A stretch of 64,000 nt of DNA from an uncultured Verrucomicrobiae bacterium (GTDB lineage: Bacteria; Verrucomicrobiota; Verrucomicrobiia; Chthoniobacterales; JAATET01), in contig CAVXHK010000004.1 of NCBI GenBank assembly GCA_963761705.1, positions 80,632-144,631 of the forward strand, in the 5' to 3' direction. The translations under genes and the position numbers were made by a program. The notes below the pieces were generated by a model, which saw only the letters and a program-made list of their open reading frames with translations, made no database searches and had not been told where the DNA came from. Positions 29,285 to 39,200 of this stretch are shown in pieces; positions within the stretch are counted from its first letter, which is position 1, and each line of letters begins with the position of its first letter.

Positions 29285-31852
29285 ATGCAATACTCCCGAA
29301 TGGTGACAGTTGTGCGTTGTCGCAGCGTGAGAATGCTGGCGCTGGTTGGAGCGGTAACTGCCGGGGTGTTCGGAAGTCCTTCGGCGATCGCTGACGGTGC
29401 TTTGGAGCGCCCCGCTTGGATTTGGGCGGGGGACACGCCGACGGCGGCGAGTTCGGCTCCGGCTGGGGAGGTCCGGTTCGAGCGAACGTTCGAGCTGCCC
29501 GCCGATGCGACCGTCGCGGAGGCGGCGTTTTTGATCGGCGTCGATAACCGGGCGACGGTGACGCTGAACGGCAGCGAAATCGGTCGCTTCACTGGCGGGT
29601 GGAGTCCGCTGGGCGAGGGGCGGCTCGGGGACGCGCTCGAGTCGGGACGGAACGAATTGGTCATCGAGGCGAGCAATGCGTCGGAGGGCCCGGCGGGTTT
29701 GTATTTCGATCTCACGATCCGGTTTGCGAACGGGAGGGGGCCGGTGCGGATCGTGTCGGACCGGACGTGGACGACGGGAAGCGGCCCGGCGGCGGCGGTC
29801 GCGCGCAACGGGGACGCGCCGTGGGGGTTGGTGATGCCGGCGCGGGAGGGTGCGGCGGCGTTTCCGGAGTATCGAGCGGAGGGGGGCGACCTGACCGCGA
29901 CGAACGCGATGCTGGCGCGCTTCCATCCGGCGGCGAACATCGATGTGGCGGGAACCTACGCGCTCGCGTGGCTTCCGCGGGCGATGCTGTGGGCCGGGGA
30001 CGTGGCGGCGGGCGGTCTGACCTCGACCCAGTTGCGAACCGCGAATCGGCTGCGGCGGATGAAGGTGGATGCGGACGGTTACGTGTCGTGTCACCAGCAC
30101 GAGGGACTGGCGCATTCGGAGGGCTGGCCGTTTCCGCTGCCGACGCAATCCGGTGGATTTGGGTTCTATTTCACCCTGGCGGGGGTGCCCTTCGGTGAGG
30201 AATTTCGGGTGCGTCAGACGGGTGACGTGGGCGGGTGGGAACTGTCAGGGGCAACGAGTGCCGGGGTGGACGCGGAGCGGGGATGGACGGTCGAATTGAC
30301 CGAGCCGAACGCGACGGTGACGTCGCCGGAGTTCTCGGTCGATGCGTTGGTCACGCCGTTCGTGCGGGTAAAGTGGGACGCGGCGGAGCTGCCGGCGGGC
30401 GGTGAGCCGTGGCTGGAGTGGACGACGGCTGCGGAGCCGGAATTCTCGGCGGAGCGGCGGGTCGCGTTTCCCGAGCCGGCGCCATCGAGCGCGGGGACGG
30501 TGGAAGATTTCAACGTGCCCATCGCGGAGGTCACGCGCGGCGAGGGAGCGATCACGCGGTTGCGGATCGGGTTCGGGAACGCCGGGCCGGGGCGGGTGAC
30601 GATCCAGCGGGTGTTTTCGGCGGTGGACTCGCGGCACTCGGTGAATAACGCGAATTATCTCATTGCCGTGGCGAACTACTTCGCCTGGACGGGGGACCAG
30701 GCGTTTCTGGAGGAAAACGGACCGAAGCTGCGGCGGGCTTTGGACTTCCTGCTCGATGAATTCGCGGTGCGGGAGGCGAAGCTGGTGCGAACGCCGTGGA
30801 TCGGTCACGACGGGCGCAGTGGCGTCGAGCGGACGCCGGAAGGGAAGAAAATCGTGAAACCCGGCGTGGGCGTGGGCGGGAATTACTGGGATCTGCTGCC
30901 CTTCGGCGGGGACGACGTGCTGGCGACGATCTACCTGCATCACGCGCTGGAGCGGGCGGCGGAGCTGCCGACCTTTGCCGAAGACGTGGCAAAACTGCGG
31001 GAGCTGGCGGCCGAGGTGCGTGGCAAATTTCAAGCGACGTTCTGGAATCCGGCGACCGGGCGGTTTGCGCCCATCGACGACACGGGGGCGTTTCGCGACT
31101 ACGGCTTCACGTTTCTGAACAACGAGGCGATCTTCTACGGCTTGGCGACCGAAGAGCAGGCGCGGGAGATCCTGGCGTGGCAGGACGGGAAGCGCGTGGT
31201 GGAAGGCGATACGTCGACGGGCGCGGACATTTACCGGTGGCGGTTCGCGCCGCGGGCGACAACGCGGCGCAACCTCGACTACTACGCCTACGTGTGGTCG
31301 AACCCGGAGGCCCTGCCATTTGGCGGTCAGGTGCAGGACGGCGGGGCGGTGCTCGGATTTTCGTATCACGACATCATGGCGCGGCTGCGGACGCTGGGAG
31401 CGGACGACGCGTGGCGGCGGCTGCTGGAGATTCAGGATTGGTCTGCGGAAGTCGAGGCTGCGGGCGGCGCGCGCGCCTACTACGCGGAGCCGGGGCGGGG
31501 AACCCTGCAAGGCGGGGGCACGGCGGGCGGTCTCGGGATCGACGAAGAGTTTTACGAAAGCGTGATGCTGCCATCGGTGGTGCTCGACGGATTCATTGGG
31601 TTCGAGCCGACGGCGGAGGGGTTTCGGATCGAGCCGCGGCTGCCGGACGGGGTGGATCGGCTGGGCGTCTCGAACGTGGCGTTTCGCGGCAGACTGCTCG
31701 ACGTGGAGGTCACGCGGGACGCCGTCGAAGTCAACGTTATCGCGGCTTTGGAAGGGAGTGAGGACGTCTCGTCTTCGCGTCTGGATTCTGCCGGTCGGGA
31801 CGGGGAGGCATTTCTATTCTCCATCGAGTCGCCCAAACCGGAAACATTATGA
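29285..31852 (+). CDS. Secreted multidomain putative glycoside hydrolase, (alpha/alpha)6-barrel-like, family unassigned; start uncertain
   Basis: N-terminal PAWIW beta-sandwich, an internal beta module, and a helical C-terminal part with YFAWTGD..FL, NYWDLLPFGG, FWN..TGRF and VQDGG. Confidence 0.65.
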   Translation: MQYSRMVTVVRCRSVRMLALVGAVTAGVFGSPSAIADGALERPAWIWAGDTPTAASSAPAGEVRFERTFELPADATVAEAAFLIGVDNRATVTLNGSEIGRFTGGWSPLGEGRLGDALESGRNELVIEASNASEGPAGLYFDLTIRFANGRGPVRIVSDRTWTTGSGPAAAVARNGDAPWGLVMPAREGAAAFPEYRAEGGDLTATNAMLARFHPAANIDVAGTYALAWLPRAMLWAGDVAAGGLTSTQLRTANRLRRMKVDADGYVSCHQHEGLAHSEGWPFPLPTQSGGFGFYFTLAGVPFGEEFRVRQTGDVGGWELSGATSAGVDAERGWTVELTEPNATVTSPEFSVDALVTPFVRVKWDAAELPAGGEPWLEWTTAAEPEFSAERRVAFPEPAPSSAGTVEDFNVPIAEVTRGEGAITRLRIGFGNAGPGRVTIQRVFSAVDSRHSVNNANYLIAVANYFAWTGDQAFLEENGPKLRRALDFLLDEFAVREAKLVRTPWIGHDGRSGVERTPEGKKIVKPGVGVGGNYWDLLPFGGDDVLATIYLHHALERAAELPTFAEDVAKLRELAAEVRGKFQATFWNPATGRFAPIDDTGAFRDYGFTFLNNEAIFYGLATEEQAREILAWQDGKRVVEGDTSTGADIYRWRFAPRATTRRNLDYYAYVWSNPEALPFGGQVQDGGAVLGFSYHDIMARLRTLGADDAWRRLLEIQDWSAEVEAAGGARAYYAEPGRGTLQGGGTAGGLGIDEEFYESVMLPSVVLDGFIGFEPTAEGFRIEPRLPDGVDRLGVSNVAFRGRLLDVEVTRDAVEVNVIAALEGSEDVSSSRLDSAGRDGEAFLFSIESPKPETL

Positions 31853-32520
31853 AAACACCCTCACCCCACACGCTTTGGCGTCTGCTGAACGGGCAAGCCA
31901 GAGGCTTGCGTTATTTTATTCTACTGCCGCTGGCGTTGCACGCGGCGGACGGGCCGACGCTCCCGAACCCGAGTTTCGAGGAACCGTCGATCCTGGAGCG
32001 ACCAGCCTACCTGACGCCATCGATGCCGACGTTTGCCGAGCATCGGTCGGAGCTGGGGTGGAGTTTTGGATTTTTTACCGGGATATGCCGGGAGGGCGTA
32101 TCGTTCGCCGAGGGAATCGACGCGGCGGAGGGGAGTCAGGTCGCGTTCCTGCAGGGCGATCCGGATACGAGCGGGCGCGACTTGAAGCTGCAGAGCGTCT
32201 TCGGCGTGGACGTCATTGGGTTGGAGGTAGGCCGGAAATACGCGGTGTCGTGGCAGCAGACGGCGCGGGTGTCGGACGCTGGTCAGGGGGCGCTGACGGT
32301 CTCGGTCAGCCCGGCCGACGGGAAAACGCCGCCGACCGTGCTGGAGGATCGCAAGGACGTGATCGCGCAGGGCGAGTGGGAGACGCGCCGCTACGAATTC
32401 GTCGCGAAGGCGGAATCGATGCGGCTCAACTTTCGCCACCACATCCCGCACCCGGAAAACGCGAATCCGAACAGCGAGACGACGCTCATCGACGACGTGC
32501 GGATTGAGAAGGCACGATGA
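31849..32520 (+). CDS. Secreted hypothetical carbohydrate-binding-like (DUF642-like) protein
   Basis: Signal peptide, LPNPSFEEP, EGSQVAFLQG and C-terminal LIDDVRI; ATGA overlaps on both sides. Confidence 0.75.
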   Translation: MKTPSPHTLWRLLNGQARGLRYFILLPLALHAADGPTLPNPSFEEPSILERPAYLTPSMPTFAEHRSELGWSFGFFTGICREGVSFAEGIDAAEGSQVAFLQGDPDTSGRDLKLQSVFGVDVIGLEVGRKYAVSWQQTARVSDAGQGALTVSVSPADGKTPPTVLEDRKDVIAQGEWETRRYEFVAKAESMRLNFRHHIPHPENANPNSETTLIDDVRIEKAR

Positions 32521-33995
32521 GCGCGGCGTTGATCGTGCGGCGTCGCGCGCTGGAATTCGTGGTCGCGGTGAGCGTGGCCGTGGTGAATTTCGCGGTTCAG
32601 GCCGGGGAGCCGCACCGCAATGTCGTTGTCATCTTCGCGGACGACATGGGCTTCGACCTGTCGTGCATGGGCACGCCGGGGATCGAGACGCCGAATCTCG
32701 ACCGGATGGTCGCGGCGGGAACGCTTTTCACCCGCGCCTACGCGGCTGACAGCGTCTGCTCGCCCAGCCGCGGGGCGTTGCTCACGGGAACGTTCTCGAA
32801 TTGGAATGGGTTGGATCGGCTGACTGCGAATGGGGGCCTGAAATTCCCGTCCATTGCCGTGAAGCCGTCGAAGCCGGAGACCTTCCGATCGGCGTTGCGC
32901 GAGGATGTGCCGACCTTGGTGGAGGTCCTGTCGATGCACGGCTTTTATCAGGCCATCACGCAGAAGACGCACGTCCAGCCGATGTGGAAATTCCCGTTCT
33001 CGCGGGGATTCGATTACCACAACAAGCCGGAGCAATACGATCGGCTGATCGACCAGGTGAAAACCGGTGCCGAAGGACGACCGTTCTTCCTGCTGGCCAA
33101 CGTGAGTCCGCCGCACCTTCCCTTCGACGCCCACCTCGAGCCGAACGGCCTCGTCGACGAGGCGGGGCGGCCAAAGAACGTCGATCCCGACGAGATCGGC
33201 GTTCCGGCCTACCTGCCGGACACGCCGGCGATCCGGGCGGACCTGGCGCGATATTTCGCCTGCGTCGAGTTGGCGGATTCGTGCGTCGGAGCGGTGATGG
33301 ACGGTCTGGAACGAAACGGGCTTCTGGAATCGACGCTGGTGGTCTTCAGTTCAGATCACGGCATCGCCTACCACCGCGGGAAGGTGTCGGCCTACCCGGC
33401 GGGTCTGCACGTGCCTCTGATCTTCCAAGGTCCGGGCGTGGCGGCGGGAAAGCGGTCAGCCGCGCCGGTCAGTCTGGTGGACGTGATGCCGACGGTCCTG
33501 AGTTATCTCGACATCCAAACCCCGGAGACGGTCCAGGGCACTTCGCTCTGGCCGATCCTGGACGGAAGCGCGGGGAAACTCGCGGGCCGACCTACCATTT
33601 TTGGAATGACGAACGAGCATTTCCTTGGGCGGATGGTCACGGACGGGCAATTTTATTACGTCCGGAATCTCACGCAGCCGCGCGGGAGCTGGGACAATCC
33701 GCCGATGAACGCGGACCTCTGGCAAGAGAAACCGTGGGGAAACAAGTCCTTCGCAGCGACCGTTGCGGCGAAGAACGAATCTCCGCTCGCCTATGAATTG
33801 TTGCGGCAGCTCGTCGAGGGCGATCTTCCCGAGGAGGAACTCTACGACCTCGAAGCCGATCCGTGGGCCACGGAAAATTTGGCCGCCGATCCCGAGCAAG
33901 CGGAAATCCTACAGAGGCTGCGTGATGAGATGAGCAAATGGCGCGAGATCACCGACGACGAAACTTATCTTCAAACGCGGACTTCGCCGAAATGA
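32517..33995 (+). CDS. Secreted Cys-type sulfatase (paralog of the 6630 gene)
   Basis: NVVVIFADD, GTPGIETPN, VCSPSRGALLTG, AITQK.H..P.WK.PF (shared with 6630) and SSDHG. Confidence 0.93.
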   Translation: MSAALIVRRRALEFVVAVSVAVVNFAVQAGEPHRNVVVIFADDMGFDLSCMGTPGIETPNLDRMVAAGTLFTRAYAADSVCSPSRGALLTGTFSNWNGLDRLTANGGLKFPSIAVKPSKPETFRSALREDVPTLVEVLSMHGFYQAITQKTHVQPMWKFPFSRGFDYHNKPEQYDRLIDQVKTGAEGRPFFLLANVSPPHLPFDAHLEPNGLVDEAGRPKNVDPDEIGVPAYLPDTPAIRADLARYFACVELADSCVGAVMDGLERNGLLESTLVVFSSDHGIAYHRGKVSAYPAGLHVPLIFQGPGVAAGKRSAAPVSLVDVMPTVLSYLDIQTPETVQGTSLWPILDGSAGKLAGRPTIFGMTNEHFLGRMVTDGQFYYVRNLTQPRGSWDNPPMNADLWQEKPWGNKSFAATVAAKNESPLAYELLRQLVEGDLPEEELYDLEADPWATENLAADPEQAEILQRLRDEMSKWREITDDETYLQTRTSPK

Positions 33996-34029
33996 AGTCT
34001 TTCCGTGAAACACCGAATACCCGCCTCGT

Positions 34030-34073
34030 AAGAAACCTTTCCCATTGACGCGGGGCGCGCCCGGCCCGACGGT
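34030..34073 (+). promoter_or_regulatory. Candidate operator AAGAAACCTTTCCC next to a putative sigma70 promoter for the Verru_Chthon cassette
   Basis: Motif copy at 34030-34043, TTGACG (-35-like) at 34045-34050, and a weak -10-like GACGGT after a 17-bp spacer. Confidence 0.55.
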
Positions 34074-34112
34074 GCCTTGCAATTCCCTTCACTTTCAGTC
34101 TCTCCCCCCAAG

Positions 34113-34826
34113 ATGCTCAAACCTCCTCTCCCTGCTGGCTCGTTCACTCGCTCGCATCGCGCCTCGGGTGGATTCAGTCTGGTCGAACTCCTCGTCGTGA
34201 TCGCGGTGCTTGGGCTGGTCGCCGCATTCACGGTCCCCGCGATCCCGGGGATGCTGCGGGCGAAGGGGGTCGCGCAGGCGGCGGCGGAGACGGATGGGCT
34301 GCTTTCTCTCGCGCGGGCGGAGGCCATGGCGCGGCGGACTTACGCCTACGTGAGCTTCGCGGAGGTGACCAACACCGACGGCAACCGGGAAGTGCGGATG
34401 GGGGCGGCGGCGGCGCTGGACGGCACGACTGACGTGTCGACGGCAAACCTCGAGCCGATCTCGCGGCTCGTGTCGGTGGAAAACGTGGCGCTCGGCTCGG
34501 AGGGGGAGATTCCCGCGGCGCTCTCGACCCGCGTGACCGATCTGTCGGCGGACGCGGACGACTACTTTGTGCCGGGCACGGCGGGGGGAAAATTCCCGAA
34601 TCGAGCCGCGTTCACCGTGGGTCGGCAGAGTTTCGTCGGCGGTCCGACGCTCGTGATTTCACCGCAGGGCGAATTGCTGTCCGCTCCCGGAGACGTCGAA
34701 TTTCTGCCGGTGGCGGTCGTGGGCCTCGTGCCGACGCGGGGCACCGTGAAAGAGACGAACGCGAAGAACGCGGCGGTCGTCGTTTACCTCGGCGGCTCCG
34801 GCGCGGTGGAGGTCTTGCAGCCATGA
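34113..34826 (+). CDS. Verru_Chthon cassette protein D-like (prepilin-type N-terminus)
   Basis: GGFSLVELLVVIAVLGLV cleavage/methylation motif and LSLARAEA segment. Confidence 0.8.
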   Translation: MLKPPLPAGSFTRSHRASGGFSLVELLVVIAVLGLVAAFTVPAIPGMLRAKGVAQAAAETDGLLSLARAEAMARRTYAYVSFAEVTNTDGNREVRMGAAAALDGTTDVSTANLEPISRLVSVENVALGSEGEIPAALSTRVTDLSADADDYFVPGTAGGKFPNRAAFTVGRQSFVGGPTLVISPQGELLSAPGDVEFLPVAVVGLVPTRGTVKETNAKNAAVVVYLGGSGAVEVLQP

Positions 34827-35329
34827 GACGCTCGGTGTCTCGGATCGCTCTCGTCTGCCGAGGGCGGGCGGCGTTTTCGCTCGTCGAGGTGACGCTGGCG
34901 GTGGGTTTGATTTCCTTCGTGCTCGTCGCGCTGCTCGGTCTGCTTCCGGCGGGTTTGAACGTGCAACGCAACGCGGTGCTGGAAGCGCGCTCCACGCAGG
35001 TGTTGAGCGATCTCGCGCAGGCCGTGCGGGGTGTCCGGTTGGACGGAGCGGTCCACCGATTCCCGGCTACGCTGGCGGAGGTCGCCGTGGGCGGCGGCTC
35101 GACGACGCTGCCGGTCGGCGTCGACGGGCTCGTCGACAACCCGGCGGATCGACGCGGCTCGGTGGTGATCGAGCAGCTCGCGGCTCCGGCGGGGAATCCG
35201 GACCTCCTGCCGGTGCGAATTTCGGTGGCCTGGCCGGCGGCGGCGACCTGGGTGGCTTCGGGCGGCGGCAAGTGGAACAAGGCGGACGGACACGTGGAAA
35301 CTTTTGTGTATGCGGAAATTCCTCGATAG
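34823..35329 (+). CDS. Verru_Chthon cassette protein B-like (prepilin-type)
   Basis: AAFSLVEVTLAVGLISFVLVALLGLLPAGL, the typical protein B N-terminus; ATGA overlap with D. Confidence 0.85.
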   Translation: MRRSVSRIALVCRGRAAFSLVEVTLAVGLISFVLVALLGLLPAGLNVQRNAVLEARSTQVLSDLAQAVRGVRLDGAVHRFPATLAEVAVGGGSTTLPVGVDGLVDNPADRRGSVVIEQLAAPAGNPDLLPVRISVAWPAAATWVASGGGKWNKADGHVETFVYAEIPR

Positions 35330-36236
35330 CGACCGACGAGCCTTCACGCTCATCGAGGTGCTCGCGGCGATGGCGGTGCTGTCGTTGCTGCTGGTGATGA
35401 CGTTTCAGATGGTCTCGCAGACGAATCTGGCCGTCGGTGCCGCCGGGGACGAGCGCGCCGCTCTGGCCACCGGGAGCGCGGCCCTGGACCGGATCGAGGC
35501 GGACCTCTCGACCGCGATGCGGGACCGCGGTCTCGCCCTGGTCGCTCGCGACGCCTCGGCGGGCGGGGGCACCGACAGCGCCATCGGGTTCTTGTCGCTC
35601 TCGCGACCGGAAGCCGAAGCGGCGTCGACGACTCAGCCGCGGGGTGCCCTGATCGCCTACGGGATGCGCGCGATCTCCGCGACGAGTGGCGGCACGGCTT
35701 TTTCCTACACCGGTCTCGAGCGGTGGCTCGGGCGGTTCGATTACGCCGACCAGCCGGGACCGGCCTTCGAGGAACTCACCGCCCAGGACGCCGCGGCGGG
35801 GGAATGGACCGCACTGGGGTCGGGAATCGTGAGATTCTGGGTCAGCTACGTGCTGGACGACGGGACGATCGTGCAGCAGCCGCCGATTTATCGGGTGGAG
35901 TCCTCGACGACGGGCAACCCAACGCCGTTCCTCGACGGGCGGGCAATGGCGACGAACTGGAACGCCGTCGCGACCTCGCCGGAGACCGCGGCGACGGCTG
36001 GCCCGCAGCCGGGTCCCTTCGTCCGGTCCCTGCTCGTCGCGGTTGCGGTGGTGAATCCCGGCACGCTGGCTCAGGCCGCCGATGCCAACCGACTGAATGA
36101 AGTCCGCTCCGACCTCGGGAATCCGGACGCCGGTGAGACGCCGCTGGAAGTGTGGGAGGCGGGCGTCGGCGACGTGGGTTTTGCGCCACTTCGCCAGAAT
36201 CTGCGGTTCTTTCAACGAAGCGTTTCCCTGGACTGA
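35310..36236 (+). CDS. Verru_Chthon cassette protein C-like (prepilin-type)
   Basis: RAFTLIEVLAAMAVLSLLLV, ALDRIEADL and C-terminal RFFQRSVSL. Confidence 0.82.
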   Translation: MRKFLDSDRRAFTLIEVLAAMAVLSLLLVMTFQMVSQTNLAVGAAGDERAALATGSAALDRIEADLSTAMRDRGLALVARDASAGGGTDSAIGFLSLSRPEAEAASTTQPRGALIAYGMRAISATSGGTAFSYTGLERWLGRFDYADQPGPAFEELTAQDAAAGEWTALGSGIVRFWVSYVLDDGTIVQQPPIYRVESSTTGNPTPFLDGRAMATNWNAVATSPETAATAGPQPGPFVRSLLVAVAVVNPGTLAQAADANRLNEVRSDLGNPDAGETPLEVWEAGVGDVGFAPLRQNLRFFQRSVSLD

Positions 36237-36240
36237 TCCT

Positions 36241-39200
36241 ATGACGACGACTTGCTCCCTGCGCCCGCCTTCTCTCCGTCGCGCCTCCGACGGCGTGGCG
36301 CTCGTCATCACTCTGGCGATGATCGTTCTCCTGACGGCGTTATTGATTTCGTTCTTCAGTGCGGTGACGGCGACTCGCAAGACACAGGTCGCGCGTAGCG
36401 GGGGGACGAGCGCGACCCTGCTCGCGCAGGGCGCGCTGGCCGCGATCTCGGGCGATCTGCGTGCAGAGATCCGGGAGAATTCGACCCCGGTCACCGTCGG
36501 CTCGCCGGCGTTGACGTTCCATCGTCCGAAGACGACCGCCGACATGCGACCGGTGCGGGCCCTGCCCTCCGCGGTCGGCTTGGCGGACGAGGATTTTTTG
36601 AATCTCGTCAAACAAAGCGGCGAGCCGTTCTCCAGCGCCGCCGCGATCTTCGATTTTGCGGCGACCAACAACTCGTCGACGGCGGCGCCCAACAAGCGCG
36701 TGGTGAGCCCGGCGCGGTGGACCGCGCCGATGCTCACGGGTGCGCCCTTTGCCGCCAGCCAGACGCCGCGCTGGATCTACGTGAACAGCGACGGCTACAG
36801 CGCGACGGCGGGCGCGACGACCATCGGGCGGGTCGCGTTCAACGTGTATGATGTCGGCGGTCTGCTGGACGCGAACGTCGCCGGCTTCGGCGCAATCAAC
36901 GGTGGCCAGACCGAGCCAACGGAGGTCCGCACGAAGGGCGACGCGGTGTGGGCCGACCTGCGCGTGCTTCCGGGGATCGCCGCGACCGCCTTTTCCTCCG
37001 CCGGAGTGGCGGCGCGGACGGCGTGGCCGCCAGGGTGGCGGCTGACGGGGGACTGGGGCGATTTCGACGTGAACTCGGCGGCGCGGCTCCATTACGAGCG
37101 ATCCGGTTGGCGGCGGCCCTTCGTGACGGCGGGCGGGGCGGCGTCCGACCGGATGTTTGCCTCGCGGCAGGATCTCGTCCGCTACGCCCGCGCGTTTCCA
37201 GGCACCTTCGTCGCGAATGCCGACGGCACTCTGCCCGCGCTTCAGTATCTCACGACGTTCAGCCGCGACCTCGACCGACCGAGCCACGAGCCCGATCCGG
37301 ATCGTCCGAAGGTCGGCGCGGACAGCCCGAGCGGTGGCAACGATGCGAACGGACTGGACAACGATCTCAACCCGTCGCTGCTGACGGAGGTCAAGGGTGA
37401 CGGAACGCTCGCCATCAAACGCCGCTTCCCGCTGTCGCGACTCGAGTTGGTCGCGACGCCGATCCCACCGGCGAACCCGGTCGCGTCCGGGACGGACATT
37501 CGGGAGTTTTTTGGTCTGGAATGGAACCCGGCGGCGAACCGCTGGATCTACGACCACGGAGATGCCGCCGACATCCTTCCGCTGGTCGATGTGCCCGCGG
37601 ATCGCGATCCCGATTTCTTCGAGTTGCTGAAGGCGGCGATCACGGTCGGCAGCCTTGGCAAACAGTTGGGAGTGACCTTCCCGGGTGCCCACGTTGGGCT
37701 GGCCGATCTGCCCGCCCGGCTGGGAGGCGTCGACGGATCGGTGAACTACCAGATCGTGCAGATCGCGGCGAACATCATCGACCAGGCCGACGCCGACAGC
37801 TACCCGACGCGCATCAATTTCGACGGTCGTGACTTCTACGGGCAGGAGGATTTGCCGGGGCTCTACCGGGTTCGCGAGCGCAATTTTCTGATCGGCACCA
37901 TCCCCGGCTTCGGGCCGCGACCGAACGACGCCAGCCCCCCGTATGCGCAATCCCTCCTCCAGGTGCTCATGCTCCAGCCCACGGTCTGGAATCCGCATTC
38001 GCCCTCGACGGGAATCGGTGGCGATGCGCCCACGGAGTTTCGAATCGTCGCGGATACCGTTACGCCCGTTCGCTACGAGGCGCAGTATTTCTGGCCGGCG
38101 GTGGTTCCTCCCGGGTCGCGTCCGCCGGTTGCCTGGACGTCGGATTTTTCAGCGCGTCCGAATGGTCCGAATTGTGATCGACCGATCTCCTACAGCGGCG
38201 GAGAGGGCGGGCTGAGCGGATTGGCCAGTGCCTCGATCACCTTCCAGGCGGACTCGAGCGCCTTTCGGCAACCCGTGGCGCTGGCGTCGCCGGGCCACCC
38301 GTCCGGCAGCAACGCGGTAGGATTTCCCAATTCGCCGGACATGGGAGTCAGCGACGCGGCGGCACCGGGTGTCCCTGACACAACGGTGAGCGTTCAGACG
38401 ATTGTCAACCGGCAGACTCCGGTGCCCGCCAACGTGGCTCACGACGCCCCGGCTCCTTCGCCCCGAGCCGAGGCGTTGGGATTCGTGGCCGGTTACCTGC
38501 CCGCGGGTCCGCAATATGGCATGCCCCCAAGCCTTGCGTATTACCTCAATCTGCGGAGGCCGCAGGGTGGACCGGTCTCCTTCAGCCTCCAATATCGGCA
38601 GGGTAGCTCGGATACTTGGTGGACCTTCGACAGACTCAGCCAGAGTCTCGCCGCGAACGAGCAATCCGCCGCGCAGATCCAGGCGTGGATGACGGATCGA
38701 ATCGATCCGCGCACCGACCGCTGGGGAAGCTGGTATTCCCTCGTCGCGGCCAACGTGCCGCAATACGAAAACTACGTATACAATTTCGAGCTGACTGCGA
38801 ACCCGGTCCCCGGTGCGTTCCCCGCTTTTCTCGCCAGGGATCCCGCGGGTGCCGCCGCGACGGGCTGGAGCGGGCTGGCGACGGGCGCGCAGTTTGGATC
38901 GCTCCAGCGAAATGGTCCGAGTGATTCTCTCCGCTACGCCGATCCCGATGGAGTGCGCCGGGGCGGGACTGCGAAGTTTGCCGTCGATGGGTCCAGCCCC
39001 GGCTGGCCGATGCACGAGGGCAACACCATGAGTCGTCCGACGATCCTCGACCGGCCCTTCCGCTCGGTCGCGGAGCTGGGCAATGCCTTTCGCGGAACGC
39101 CGTGGCGGAATCTCGATTTCATGACACCGGCGAGCGGCGACCGCGCGTTACTGGACGTCTTCCGGGTCGGGGAAGGCCCCGACGACGCGTTGGTCGCCGG

